Virus record (IMG/VR): IMGVR_UViG_3300045988_176073
Source of the DNA: a virus
DNA: 31,156 nt
Reading direction: 5' to 3' (one strand)
Made by a program: the position numbers and the translations under genes. Positions 6,895 through 16,607 of this stretch are shown piece by piece (the stretch's first letter is position 1; each line of letters starts with the position of its first letter). Under the pieces are notes generated by a model. That model was not told the origin of the DNA. It searched no databases and saw only the letters and a program-made list of their open reading frames with translations.

Positions 6895-7099
6895 AGTTGT
6901 TCACTTCCTTATAAAAAACAGACCCTAATCTATTAGGGCCTGTTGAATTAAAATTATTAAGTTTTATTTTGTCTTTTTTTGACATTAATCCATCTTCAGT
7001 TTCTGTTGCTATGGATAGCCCACGAATTGCTTTTACATGTGTAATTGGATAAAAAATCAGTCCACTTTCATATAATTCCTTTAACTTAATTTTCGTCAT
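6878..7099 (-). CDS. Small hypothetical protein of 73 aa, questionable. Its 3' third reads through a terminator-like hairpin and the SD of the next gene.
   Basis: The ORF overlaps the Tal stop by 14 nt. It contains a GLMSKKDKIKL motif paralogous to the next protein's N-terminus. Confidence 0.3.
   Translation of the reverse strand: MTKIKLKELYESGLIFYPITHVKAIRGLSIATETEDGLMSKKDKIKLNNFNSTGPNRLGSVFYKEVNNYDSNY
6919..6942 (-). terminator. Hairpin cagaccctaat/attagggcctg (about 10 bp, one mismatch) followed on the - strand by TTTTTTAT. It is a possible partial terminator or attenuator within the tail-tip operon.
   Basis: Inverted repeat seen directly. It lies inside the 73-aa ORF and immediately upstream of the SD of the 6298..6894 gene. 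Confidence 0.45.
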
Positions 7100-8273
7100 C
7101 TACAACGCTCCCAACATCTTTGGCAGTAAATATAGGAGTATTAGTTTTAATAGTTTCTAATCGTTTCTCTGTATCTGAAATAGCTTTTTTGGTATAAGCG
7201 TTTATTTTATAAATACGTTTTTGAATAGAATTTTGTAAATTGATGATATCTTTTTTTTCATTTGAAAAAGTTACTTCATCGGGTCTATTTACAAAAGGAT
7301 GATTTTTACTTAATGATACAATTTTTAAATCTACATTAAATCCCATACTTTGGTGAATAAATTTAATAATATCGTTCTCACTTAAGGGTTCTTTATCCTT
7401 ATAAACAAGCTTCAAACTCGTTTCTGGTTCATCTTGAATTTGCGTTTTTACCCATTTTTTCAATTCTTCTAAATCACTTATTTCATCATTATTTATAGGT
7501 GGAGCAACTTTTCTCCCCCACTTATTAATATTTGGTGATTTATATAAGTATTCAATACTTTGATCCTTACCTTTACTTTTTCTATCATCGCTTTTAGCTG
7601 AACTATCCTGTTTTTTACCATATGCTTTTATTTCTGTCTTCAAATTATTAGTATTAACATCCACCGCAATTTCATCAGTATTATATTTATATCTTATAAC
7701 TAAATTTCTTTTTTTATAGAATTCTTTTTCAGAATAGAACGTAATTTTCTTATTATCCGCAAAAATTATTGCATTAAATTTCTCAGCAATAGCTTTGCAA
7801 AAATCAAAACCTGGGGCATTACCTAATTCATCAAGTTTAGTCGTTTTAAAGCGACCTATGATTTCATATTCATAACCTAAAGTATTGTCTTTGAAACCAT
7901 ATTTAAGTATCTCTTCTAAAGTATAGGATTTTGTATTTTTATCATTTTCTTTTTTAGAATTTGAATAAACGTAATGATCTTGAAAACCATACATAATATG
8001 AATAGCAGTAACATCCACTGTCTGTATTTTAGATTTATTGTTAAATGTGGGAGCTTTAATAATATATTTTTGACCTTGATAGTACACTATAGATTCGCAT
8101 TGAATTAAATCATAGATATCTTTGTTTCTATTTGTTTTGATAACTGTAAACCTTAAAGAGCGGTTATTATTTTTTTCATAATCATATTTAAATGATCCAT
8201 AATCTATATCAATAAAAATTTCTTTTTTAGTTTCATTCATATTACCTATAACAATATAATCCATAAAATTCAC
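7086..8273 (-). CDS. Tail-associated protein Tal (siphovirus tail endopeptidase-like N-terminal domain), a short form without a lytic C-terminus.
   Basis: 395 aa, positioned after Dit. The N-terminal region is typical of Sipho_tail/Tal proteins. Confidence 0.55.
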   Translation of the reverse strand: MNFMDYIVIGNMNETKKEIFIDIDYGSFKYDYEKNNNRSLRFTVIKTNRNKDIYDLIQCESIVYYQGQKYIIKAPTFNNKSKIQTVDVTAIHIMYGFQDHYVYSNSKKENDKNTKSYTLEEILKYGFKDNTLGYEYEIIGRFKTTKLDELGNAPGFDFCKAIAEKFNAIIFADNKKITFYSEKEFYKKRNLVIRYKYNTDEIAVDVNTNNLKTEIKAYGKKQDSSAKSDDRKSKGKDQSIEYLYKSPNINKWGRKVAPPINNDEISDLEELKKWVKTQIQDEPETSLKLVYKDKEPLSENDIIKFIHQSMGFNVDLKIVSLSKNHPFVNRPDEVTFSNEKKDIINLQNSIQKRIYKINAYTKKAISDTEKRLETIKTNTPIFTAKDVGSVVDDEN

Positions 8274-8276
8274 CTT

Positions 8277-9110
8277 TTACCTATAAATAAATGGAAATGC
8301 AAATTCAATTGATTGAATTTTTGCATTTCCATTAACTTTAAAATTATTTGTACCTTTTTCTAACTTAATAATACCATTATCTGTATCTACCCCACATCTT
8401 TTATCATTCAAAAATGGTGCCTCACCATCTAAAATTAAAGTATCAGCAGTTTTTAGTGGTTTAGTGTAAGTGAATTTAGATTGATTATTTAAATTTGTTA
8501 AATAAAAGTTAGATGGCGAATCAGCTATAATCTTTATTTTTAAAGTGTGTCTTTTAATAGGATCTATAACTTCACTTGAACCATTATATACAGTGAAATT
8601 GTTTGTATTAAATTGATATCTAGGTACATAATCAGTTGGTAATGTTTCAGTAAGCATAAACCCATCTTCTAGACTATCAACTTCGTTTGTATATAATAAA
8701 GATTCTGAATAGCCCTTATATACTGTAAACTCTATTTCAAATTCCATATCAGAATGAAAATAACGTGTTTTTTTTAAACTCGCATCATTTACAGCGTATT
8801 TAACTCTAGGTAATTTACTATGCGATATATAATATGGCTCTCGTTGATATATAACATTTCTCAATTTTTGTTCCATTAAGAATAAGTCACTTTCATCAAC
8901 ACCATCATAATAAAATGTAGCTTTTAATGTAAAAGGTGAAAATGTATTACTACCAGGAATAACTCCGTCATTAGCATCTATTTTTTGTGATGTATTATCT
9001 ACATTAACATCACCTATTTCTATATCTTTGAAAATAACTCCTGGTATATTATTTAAATTGATTATTGTTTCTTTAAAAATAAATTTAAACCAATCATTCA
9101 TTTTAAGCAC
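8277..9110 (-). CDS. Distal tail protein (Dit).
   Basis: 277-aa ORF immediately downstream of the tape measure, at the conserved Dit position, and overlapping its stop. Confidence 0.6.
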   Translation of the reverse strand: MLKMNDWFKFIFKETIINLNNIPGVIFKDIEIGDVNVDNTSQKIDANDGVIPGSNTFSPFTLKATFYYDGVDESDLFLMEQKLRNVIYQREPYYISHSKLPRVKYAVNDASLKKTRYFHSDMEFEIEFTVYKGYSESLLYTNEVDSLEDGFMLTETLPTDYVPRYQFNTNNFTVYNGSSEVIDPIKRHTLKIKIIADSPSNFYLTNLNNQSKFTYTKPLKTADTLILDGEAPFLNDKRCGVDTDNGIIKLEKGTNNFKVNGNAKIQSIEFAFPFIYR

Positions 9111-12100
9111 CTCCCCCCATTAATTTTATTAATCTATATCTGTCCATTTGTTTTTCACTAATTGCTTTTTCCATTTTTTCTATATCAACGTTAAAATCTT
9201 TATTTTTTATAGTTGTAATTAATAACTTAAGTAATTCATTATTCTCTTCTAATAGCATTACCATTGAAGTATTATCATTTGAATAAATAGAAGTTTTATT
9301 TTCAGGTTTATGTCCTATTATTTCTTGTGATTTCCTAATTAACTGTAATGCTCTTTGAGGTTTTGTTAAAGGAATAATCATTTCTGGCTTATTACCCTCA
9401 CCAATTTCTGCAATTTGATGATGTGTTACTAAACCACCATTTGCATACGCATAATCACCAGCACGTTTAAAACCATTCCATCCATATGTACCAACAATAT
9501 AACGCATTGCAGATATTGCTTCGTCAACTGGATTCATGATGTTACTATGTCCTTTAATAGCATAAGTTCTGAATGATGGTTCAATCATTTGAAACATACC
9601 TTTTGATGGAGTTCCATTTTGTGCATTAACATCCCAGTCATTTACTGCATTAGCAGTATAATTAGATTCACGTTTAGCAACTCGCATCATTTGTTCAGTT
9701 ATATAGCTAGAATTATATTGTCCCCCCAATATAGATTGAGCTCTTAATATTGATTTTCTTGCATATTCTGCACCACTACCACCGCCAGCATGTTCTGATA
9801 AAAACTTTGCAGGATTAATAGTGTTTCTATTAGTAAGTTCTGCGCCAAAAGGTGACTCAACTTGATAGTGAAGATGTGGCCCAGTTGTCCACTGTCCACT
9901 ATTACCAGTTCTAGCAATTGGTTCTCCTTGTTCAACACGTCCAGTTTTTAATACTTCACTTAAATGTAAGAAGTATTGAGCATATATACCACTAACTAAT
10001 CTAGCAATTAAACCACCATATTGATTATATTGTCTTGAGACTGTGCCAGATGTAGGCGCTGTAATAAGAGTTCCATATGGAGTTGCATAGTCGATACCAT
10101 AATGATGACCATTTGCAAAGCTATAATTTGGTGCACCACCATTGGGATAATAGCCCATATTAATACCAAATTTAGTAAATGATGATCCATCAGCATTGCC
10201 AACTTCTTCAAACCATTTTTTTACAAAATCAACCGCACCAGCTTTAATTTTTTTAAACATACCATTAATCAGTTTAGAAGGTATTTCTTTGATTCCTTTA
10301 AAATTAACGCCAAAAACATCTATAATTTTATCTATTAATTTTCCAGGATCACTAATATAATCCATTACATCGCCTATTTTTTCTGACGCCCATTCGTATA
10401 CATTAGACGCCGTTTCAACTACTTTATCTTTTATGTTGGAACCAAATTCAACTGCTTTATTAAATGTATCCATAATACCTGAACCTATAGAAAGTCTAGG
10501 TATTACTCCGGATTGTTGCATAGCATATGTTTGTGCACCATTGTACACTCCCCAGCCTTTAGGAATATAAACTGGTACATTTTCACCTTGAGGCGCATAT
10601 AAATCACCGCTGGGAGATTGTAGTAATTCTTGATAATATCCATTAGGTCCGTTACCTGGCCCTTTATCATTTACTATTGCTAAAGTAGACTCGCTAAGAA
10701 CACCATCATCAATTGAAGCTGTCCCAGTAGAGAGTTTGATTGGTTTAATTATCTCTTTACCCATTCCTAGTTTATCGCCTATCCAGTTAATACCATCAAT
10801 CATTTTATTGATACCACCAATAGCATACTTTTTAAGTCCCTCTGCTAATTCTTTTGCGGTATCTATAACTTTATCTTTCATTCCTACAAATCCATTTTTA
10901 ATTTTTTCAGTAAAATTCAAAACTTTATCTTTCAAATTTGAAAAAGTGGATATCATTCTATCTTTTAAATTAAAAACTGCTTCTATAGTTTTTTCCTTTA
11001 TTAATTGCCATGTATTTACTAACCAGTCTCTTAAATTACCGATAATATTAGATATTTTTTCATAAATCCTTTTAAATATAGTTACTATACCTTTATAAAA
11101 AGATAACGATTTAGTAATGATAAATGTTATTAAACTAACAATAATTTTTGATATAACATTATATATTGCTTTAAATCTACCGACTGTAGAATTATAAATA
11201 TTTTTGGTGTACTGACTAAAAAATGATGATATTTTAAGCCATAAATTTTTGATTTTAAAGGTAAATAATTTCACAAAACTTATGAGGCCTTTTACTATTA
11301 GACCAAAAAAGCTTATTTTTATAATATTCCATAAAACTTGAAATGCTCCTTTAAAAATTTGTTTCAAACCTTGGAACAATTTTTTCCAGTTTCCAGTAAA
11401 TAGACCCGAGAATACTTTTATTAAGCCACTAACAATGGTAATAAATCCTTTTATAATACCTACTAGGCTACCAAAAACAGTTTTAACAATTATCTTTATT
11501 TTTGGAAATACCAAATAAAAAATCGAAAATATAAACTTTATTATTTTAGAAATAACAGTAGCTATATTTTTCAAATTTTGAATTATAGTATTTCCATTTT
11601 CATTCCAAAATCCTTTTAGAAAGTTTCCAATTGATTTACCCAGATTAATTAATCCATTAAAAGATTTTTTTATAACTGGACCTATAAATTTACCAAAGCT
11701 ATTTGCGGCTTTTTTTATACCTTCAAATGCTTTATCAACAAAATTTCTAAATGTTTCAGATTTTTTATAAGCTACAACAAATGCTGTTACTAATGCTCCA
11801 ATTGCTAATATAGCTATTCCTATTGGATTAGTGAATAAACTAAATATTTTTCCTACTTTACCTATTCCACTCAATAAACCAAATACATCTTTTATTTTTT
11901 TTAGAGCACCTATAAATGAACCTAAGGCCCATAATGTAGGACCTATTGCAGCTGCAACAACGCCAAATATAACAATCAATCTCCTAGTATTAGATGATAA
12001 ACCACCAAACCATTTTGATACATCTTTAATATGATTAGATAAACTTTGTAAAACTGGACCAAATGCATCTTCTATAGATGCCCATATCTCAGATAAACCT

Positions 12101-13593
12101 AATTTTAAGTTATTATTTGCTACTTTAAATTTTTCTGCTCCATCTTGTGTACTTTTAAAAGTCTTATCAACTGTACCTGATGATGTTTTTAAAGCTTTGT
12201 TCATATCTTCAATTGAAAATCTACCCTGTTTGATTGCATCAGCTAAATCTGGACCCGCTTTGGCTCCAAATGCCTTAATTGCTAAACTAGTAGCTGTAGA
12301 AATATCAGGTGCTTTTTTAATTTGATCTAAAGTCTTTTTGAACTCTACTCTAGGATTTTTTCCAGCAGCACCCCAATTAGATATTGCTTTTTTTAGACCA
12401 CTAAACGCGATTTCAGTGTTTACCCCCGCTTTTTCCCATTGAGAAAATAAAGAAATTGATTCTTTCATTTCAAAGCCTAAGCTACGCATAGGTGCACCAT
12501 ATTTAGTGACATTTTCCGCTAATTTATCTATTGAAATTCCACTTACTTGGGATGCTCTGGCCATGCTATCTAATACTTTAGAATAATCATTTGCACTTAC
12601 TCCTGCATCTCCCATAGCCCTAGTAATTAATTGAACTGCTTGAACTCCATCAGTCTTAGTAATATCGCTGAACTCTAAAAATTCTTTAGTCGCATTTTCT
12701 AAATCTTTTCCGGTAAGTCCTAAACGTGTATTAACTTCACCTAGTACGCCCCCTACTTGTTGAGCATCTCCTGGGAATGTACTAAAAACATTTTTGAAAT
12801 TATTTTGTAAATTATCTAACTCTTTTCCTGTTGCACCTGTAGCAGTAGTTACAATATCTAAACCTTCATCCACTTCATAAAATGCATTTTTAGAAACTAT
12901 GCCAATTCCAGTTAAAGGCGCTGTTATACTAGCTGTCATTCCTTTACCTATAGTCTTGAATTTTTCTGAAGCTTTTGCTGCATGTTCTGCAACTGCATCA
13001 AAGGATTTACTAAGTTTATGATTGCCTTCATCAACGTCATGTTGATTATTTTTAAATTCTTCAAACTTTTTACTAGTATTTTCAATACTGTGTTGTAAAT
13101 TATTTAAAATTCTTACTTCATTATTAGCAGATTTTGCAGAATTATCTAACTCTTTTTGAGTTACCAAAGCTTGTTTACTTAATTTTTCAAATGCTTTTTC
13201 AGATTCTTGTACTTCTTTTCTAGCTTCATCTAATTCTTTTTTACTTACATTTGTAGTTTTACTTAATCGTTCATAACGATCGTTGGCCTCTTCTACCCTT
13301 CTGTTTGCTCTTGTTAAAGCTTCACTCTGCTCTTCGTGAGTTTTTTTCAAATTAGAAAATTTTTCTTTTGCTTGTTCAACAATTTTTGATTGTATTTCTA
13401 ATTTTTTATTAAGCCCTTCTATGGTTACTTGATATCTTTCAATAGATTCTTCGCCTCTCTGAAATGCTGAAAGATTGGCATTAAATTCACTATTAACTAC
13501 ACTAAGCTCTCTTTTTAGCCCTTTCATTCCTTCGTCAATTCGCGAATAATCTAAATCTAAAGATAGTGATAAACCTTCAATTTTTTCTGACAT
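9103..13593 (-). CDS. Tail tape measure protein of 1496 aa, with a C-terminal M23 peptidase domain (about 9700..10000) and a lytic transglycosylase (SLT) domain (about 9330..9640).
   Basis: Very long coiled-coil-rich N-terminus and central TM/hydrophobic repeats. M23 signature HHYGIDYATPYG ... GPHLHYQVE. SLT signature AKRESNY ... GMFQMIEPSF. Confidence 0.9.
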   Translation of the reverse strand: MSEKIEGLSLSLDLDYSRIDEGMKGLKRELSVVNSEFNANLSAFQRGEESIERYQVTIEGLNKKLEIQSKIVEQAKEKFSNLKKTHEEQSEALTRANRRVEEANDRYERLSKTTNVSKKELDEARKEVQESEKAFEKLSKQALVTQKELDNSAKSANNEVRILNNLQHSIENTSKKFEEFKNNQHDVDEGNHKLSKSFDAVAEHAAKASEKFKTIGKGMTASITAPLTGIGIVSKNAFYEVDEGLDIVTTATGATGKELDNLQNNFKNVFSTFPGDAQQVGGVLGEVNTRLGLTGKDLENATKEFLEFSDITKTDGVQAVQLITRAMGDAGVSANDYSKVLDSMARASQVSGISIDKLAENVTKYGAPMRSLGFEMKESISLFSQWEKAGVNTEIAFSGLKKAISNWGAAGKNPRVEFKKTLDQIKKAPDISTATSLAIKAFGAKAGPDLADAIKQGRFSIEDMNKALKTSSGTVDKTFKSTQDGAEKFKVANNNLKLGLSEIWASIEDAFGPVLQSLSNHIKDVSKWFGGLSSNTRRLIVIFGVVAAAIGPTLWALGSFIGALKKIKDVFGLLSGIGKVGKIFSLFTNPIGIAILAIGALVTAFVVAYKKSETFRNFVDKAFEGIKKAANSFGKFIGPVIKKSFNGLINLGKSIGNFLKGFWNENGNTIIQNLKNIATVISKIIKFIFSIFYLVFPKIKIIVKTVFGSLVGIIKGFITIVSGLIKVFSGLFTGNWKKLFQGLKQIFKGAFQVLWNIIKISFFGLIVKGLISFVKLFTFKIKNLWLKISSFFSQYTKNIYNSTVGRFKAIYNVISKIIVSLITFIITKSLSFYKGIVTIFKRIYEKISNIIGNLRDWLVNTWQLIKEKTIEAVFNLKDRMISTFSNLKDKVLNFTEKIKNGFVGMKDKVIDTAKELAEGLKKYAIGGINKMIDGINWIGDKLGMGKEIIKPIKLSTGTASIDDGVLSESTLAIVNDKGPGNGPNGYYQELLQSPSGDLYAPQGENVPVYIPKGWGVYNGAQTYAMQQSGVIPRLSIGSGIMDTFNKAVEFGSNIKDKVVETASNVYEWASEKIGDVMDYISDPGKLIDKIIDVFGVNFKGIKEIPSKLINGMFKKIKAGAVDFVKKWFEEVGNADGSSFTKFGINMGYYPNGGAPNYSFANGHHYGIDYATPYGTLITAPTSGTVSRQYNQYGGLIARLVSGIYAQYFLHLSEVLKTGRVEQGEPIARTGNSGQWTTGPHLHYQVESPFGAELTNRNTINPAKFLSEHAGGGSGAEYARKSILRAQSILGGQYNSSYITEQMMRVAKRESNYTANAVNDWDVNAQNGTPSKGMFQMIEPSFRTYAIKGHSNIMNPVDEAISAMRYIVGTYGWNGFKRAGDYAYANGGLVTHHQIAEIGEGNKPEMIIPLTKPQRALQLIRKSQEIIGHKPENKTSIYSNDNTSMVMLLEENNELLKLLITTIKNKDFNVDIEKMEKAISEKQMDRYRLIKLMGGGA

Positions 13594-13614
13594 AATGCAA
13601 TCCCTCCATTTCTC

Positions 13615-13835
13615 TATAGAGAAGCTATAAACTCATAGCCATTAACTACTTGATTTGAATTTGTATCATTTGTTTCTAAAATTTCAATTAAATGATAAAA
13701 ATCGGCGTTGGCCACATCATTATATGACCAACCTAATTCTTTCATAAAATGCTGAAAAATCTTATTTAATTCTTGTTTTGCTTCTTGATATGTTTTTGGT
13801 TGAGTCGTTCTTGACGATTCTGAGGTTTCTTTCCC
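13615..13835 (-). CDS. -1 frame extension of the tail assembly chaperone (G-T fusion). The slippery heptamer G_GGA_AAG is at 13829..13835, the open -1 frame ends at TAG 13615..13617, and the extension reads ...MKELGWSYNDVANADFYHLIEILETNDTNSNQVVNGYEFIASL.
   Basis: The canonical XXXYYYZ site GGGAAAG is in the correct register within the G gene. The -1 frame is open for about 70 codons up to just before the tape-measure start. The architecture is conserved among siphoviruses. Confidence 0.5.
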
Positions 13836-14116
13836 ACTACATCACTCATAATTCTTTGTAATGTTTCAGATAAGTCAGCACTGGCAACACCGTTTAGAAT
13901 AGATTCAAATGTAACTTTTGGTGAATCAAATAATTGTTCAATGTAATGTAAAGCTAAATCTAACTCTTCCTTTTCAGTTTTTGCTTTTTGGGCTTTTTCT
14001 TGCATGTCTAATGCGTCATATAACTTTTTGGAAGAAATAAAAGGTTGTATAATCTTTTCGTATTCTCCCTTTTCAGAATTATAGAGTTCAATGTAAGTAC
14101 CTTTAATATTTGTCAT
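13766..14116 (-). CDS. Tail assembly chaperone (gpG-like).
   Basis: 116-aa acidic ORF between the major tail protein and the tape measure. It contains the slippery site. Confidence 0.6.
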   Translation of the reverse strand: MTNIKGTYIELYNSEKGEYEKIIQPFISSKKLYDALDMQEKAQKAKTEKEELDLALHYIEQLFDSPKVTFESILNGVASADLSETLQRIMSDVVGKKPQNRQERLNQKHIKKQNKN

Positions 14117-14139
14117 TTAATTACTCCTTTATTGTTATA

Positions 14140-14808
14140 TTATCTAGAAACACTTTGTGAACCAGTACTTGATGATGTAGACGAAAGTGATGAACCTACT
14201 GCTTTACTACTTTTACTATCTACTGTTCCAATAATTAATTCTTTAAATTTATCAAACTTATCTTCTCCAAAACATGAACCAAATACTCTTGATTTACCTT
14301 CAATCACTTTATCAACAAATGTTCCAGATAATTTAGTATTTTTAGGCTCTTTTTGTTTTGCTTCGGTTGTAGCAAACTCCGTATCATTCACACCTAATTT
14401 ACCTTTAGGCAATCCTAAATAAGCTTTTTCTCCCACTAGATTTGAAGATACAGCTAATAATGATACATAAGGTGGATTAGTATCTTCTCCTGCCCAATGA
14501 ATATTATGTTGGTCTTTAGTTCTTCCTAAAATAGTCATCATATCCTCATAAGGTGGATTGAATGTTTCAAATTCAACTTTCACATCTCCTGTCCCTTTTT
14601 TAGAAATCCATACAAATTTATTTGATGCTCTAACTCTTAATTCATCAGCGTCTAAACCTGCAATTTTCATGTTTACAGTTCCACCATGATCATCTTTCCA
14701 TTCTAAAATTTCCTGTAAATCTCCATTGTTGTTATAAATTCCTACATAAACCTTTTCAAAGCCAATCAAAGTAGAACTAGTTTTAACTGTTTCTGTCATA
14801 ATTAACAC
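14140..14808 (-). CDS. Major tail protein.
   Basis: 222-aa ORF at the conserved position upstream of the chaperone and tape measure, with a Ser/Thr-rich C-terminus. Confidence 0.6.
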   Translation of the reverse strand: MLIMTETVKTSSTLIGFEKVYVGIYNNNGDLQEILEWKDDHGGTVNMKIAGLDADELRVRASNKFVWISKKGTGDVKVEFETFNPPYEDMMTILGRTKDQHNIHWAGEDTNPPYVSLLAVSSNLVGEKAYLGLPKGKLGVNDTEFATTEAKQKEPKNTKLSGTFVDKVIEGKSRVFGSCFGEDKFDKFKELIIGTVDSKSSKAVGSSLSSTSSSTGSQSVSR

Positions 14809-14810
14809 TC

Positions 14811-15200
14811 CTAATTAATATTTTTTGGTATTCCTTCATATCTTCTAGAATCAACAAACCTTTGAGTTTCAATAAAAAACTCATCAAGTCCTCCATCTAA
14901 TTTGAATAAATAATGCTTAAATAATTCTTTAGTAATCTCATTAGCAACTAATTTAGTAATAGAATCCTCTTTACTTTCTACATCAATTTGAACAACAAAA
15001 TTTTGATTAAAATAATTATTACTAGCAAATGAGCGTGGACTATATGGATCTAAACTATTAATTACTATAAATGGTAAATTTATTGATTCTTCATCGGTTT
15101 CTTCAACTTGATAAAAAAATATACGATTGCCAACATGTTCGTTAACAATCGCATTTGAGTTTAATACTTTTTCTATATATTCAAAAATATCACTAATCAT
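14811..15200 (-). CDS. Tail completion or tail terminator-like protein.
   Basis: 129 aa, by position in the HK97-like neck-tail module. Confidence 0.4.
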   Translation of the reverse strand: MISDIFEYIEKVLNSNAIVNEHVGNRIFFYQVEETDEESINLPFIVINSLDPYSPRSFASNNYFNQNFVVQIDVESKEDSITKLVANEITKELFKHYLFKLDGGLDEFFIETQRFVDSRRYEGIPKNIN

Positions 15201-15610
15201 TTTATATTACTCCTAAATCCATTTGAAACTGCATCTTTATAATTATTACGACTTAAAAGTAAAGCCCTTTGAATTGCTCCAAATCCTCTCGGCTTAATCT
15301 TAGAAGCCTTCTTTTTACCGTGTTTGGTATAACCATATTCATTTAAGTGAATTATTTTATATCTTTTATTTGGCCCGTCCCAATAAAGTGTAACTTTACT
15401 CTTATTATTAAATTTAATTGGTTTACTAATTTTAATTTCATTTATACTAGCACCAGTATCTTTAAATTTTCCAAACTCTTTAATTATTGCCGTCTTTACT
15501 ACTTCAGCACCCTTTAATAAGCATTCAGTTTCAGTTTTGCTAATAAGATTTTGAATTTCTTGATGAACTTTATCTGTCACACCTTCAATTCCTTTGATTT
15601 TAACGCTCAT
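15197..15610 (-). CDS. HK97 gp10-family neck or tail-component protein.
   Basis: 137 aa. Position and size fit. It overlaps its neighbours, indicating translational coupling. Confidence 0.45.
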   Translation of the reverse strand: MSVKIKGIEGVTDKVHQEIQNLISKTETECLLKGAEVVKTAIIKEFGKFKDTGASINEIKISKPIKFNNKSKVTLYWDGPNKRYKIIHLNEYGYTKHGKKKASKIKPRGFGAIQRALLLSRNNYKDAVSNGFRSNIK

Positions 15611-15969
15611 TAGATCACCTGCTTACAAATTAATGTAACAAATCTTGAATCTTGAAAATCTTTTTGAATCAAACTTATATCATAAATTTTATCTTTAAAT
15701 CTACCATTTAATATTTTTACTGCATGAGTTTTTTTAATTTCAAAGGTGTTTAATGGATCTCTTATAGTAATAGTTAAATCTGTTTCAGTATTATTTGCTT
15801 TAGCTTGTTGTATATCTTTAAGCCATACATTTTCAATTGAAGCCCAGCAGTTAAACAAAGTATCTTCACTGTATTCTTTTCCAGGTTTCCCACCAACTCT
15901 TGACAATGTATTTATAAATCCTATTCTTATTTTAAGTTTATTAAAATTTCTCATAGAATCACTTCGCAA
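15610..15969 (-). CDS. Head closure or head-tail adaptor protein.
   Basis: 119 aa at the conserved position. Motifs RIGFINTLSRVGGKPG and WASIENV are typical of head-tail joining proteins. Confidence 0.5.
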   Translation of the reverse strand: MRSDSMRNFNKLKIRIGFINTLSRVGGKPGKEYSEDTLFNCWASIENVWLKDIQQAKANNTETDLTITIRDPLNTFEIKKTHAVKILNGRFKDKIYDISLIQKDFQDSRFVTLICKQVI

Positions 15970-16306
15970 CTTCTTTATTTTGATTATTACTACTGCTGAC
16001 TACTTCATAATTAATAAAATCTTGATGCTGATTCATAGCCAATTTAGTAATAATTGCATCTACTTTATAACCTCTAGTACCTAAACTATTTCTATCTTCA
16101 TAAAAGTTGGAAACTAGCATTTTAACAGCTAGATTATATAAAGGATTAACAACCTTAGGAAATGGTACACCTGAAGTTGCTAATTCGGATTGAGCAGCAT
16201 AAATTAAATCTTTAATCTCATTATCTTGATCGTCAAAATCAATAAGTAAGTATTTTTTCATTTCTTCAAGTGATACTGCTAGATTTTCGGTTATCACTAC
16301 AACCAC
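15959..16306 (-). CDS. Head-tail connector (gp6-like DNA packaging protein).
   Basis: 115 aa. The N-terminus SLEEMKKYLLIDFDDQDNEIKDLIYAAQSELATSG matches the gp6-like connector signature. Confidence 0.55.
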   Translation of the reverse strand: MVVVITENLAVSLEEMKKYLLIDFDDQDNEIKDLIYAAQSELATSGVPFPKVVNPLYNLAVKMLVSNFYEDRNSLGTRGYKVDAIITKLAMNQHQDFINYEVVSSSNNQNKEVAK

Positions 16307-16594
16307 CTACTTATATAATATATTTTCTTTTATATAGTCTAATGTTTTTGCCTTACCAATAAATTTTTTACCATCACTAGTTATAAAATTAGGTCCACCA
16401 GTATGTTTTGCATATTTTGATAATAGCATTACGTCTAATTGACTATTATCAATATACTCGCACACTCCTCTATCAACTAAAAATTGAATTCTTTCTACTG
16501 TCCCTACATATAGGTCACCTTTACTTACCAAAGTTAAATTATTTGATTTGTCTTTAAAATCTTCACTACATAGAGCTATTATTTTTTCAGTCAT
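16307..16594 (-). CDS. Hypothetical small head-associated protein.
   Basis: 95-aa ORF immediately downstream of the major capsid gene. Confidence 0.4.
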   Translation of the reverse strand: MTEKIIALCSEDFKDKSNNLTLVSKGDLYVGTVERIQFLVDRGVCEYIDNSQLDVMLLSKYAKHTGGPNFITSDGKKFIGKAKTLDYIKENILYK

Positions 16595-16607
16595 TTAGAT
16601 CACCTAT

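Noticed and set aside
9744-12034. Four short ORFs within the tape-measure gene (9744..9938, 10008..10211, 10736..11065, 11831..12034)
   Set aside because: They are nested in the 1496-aa tape-measure frame, on the same or opposite strand, and are hydrophobic low-complexity artefacts.
13766-13800. CAAAAAC near the 3' end of the chaperone gene as the slippery site
   Set aside because: It is not in X_XXY_YYZ register with the zero frame. The GGGAAAG site upstream is in register, and the -1 frame opens just before it.
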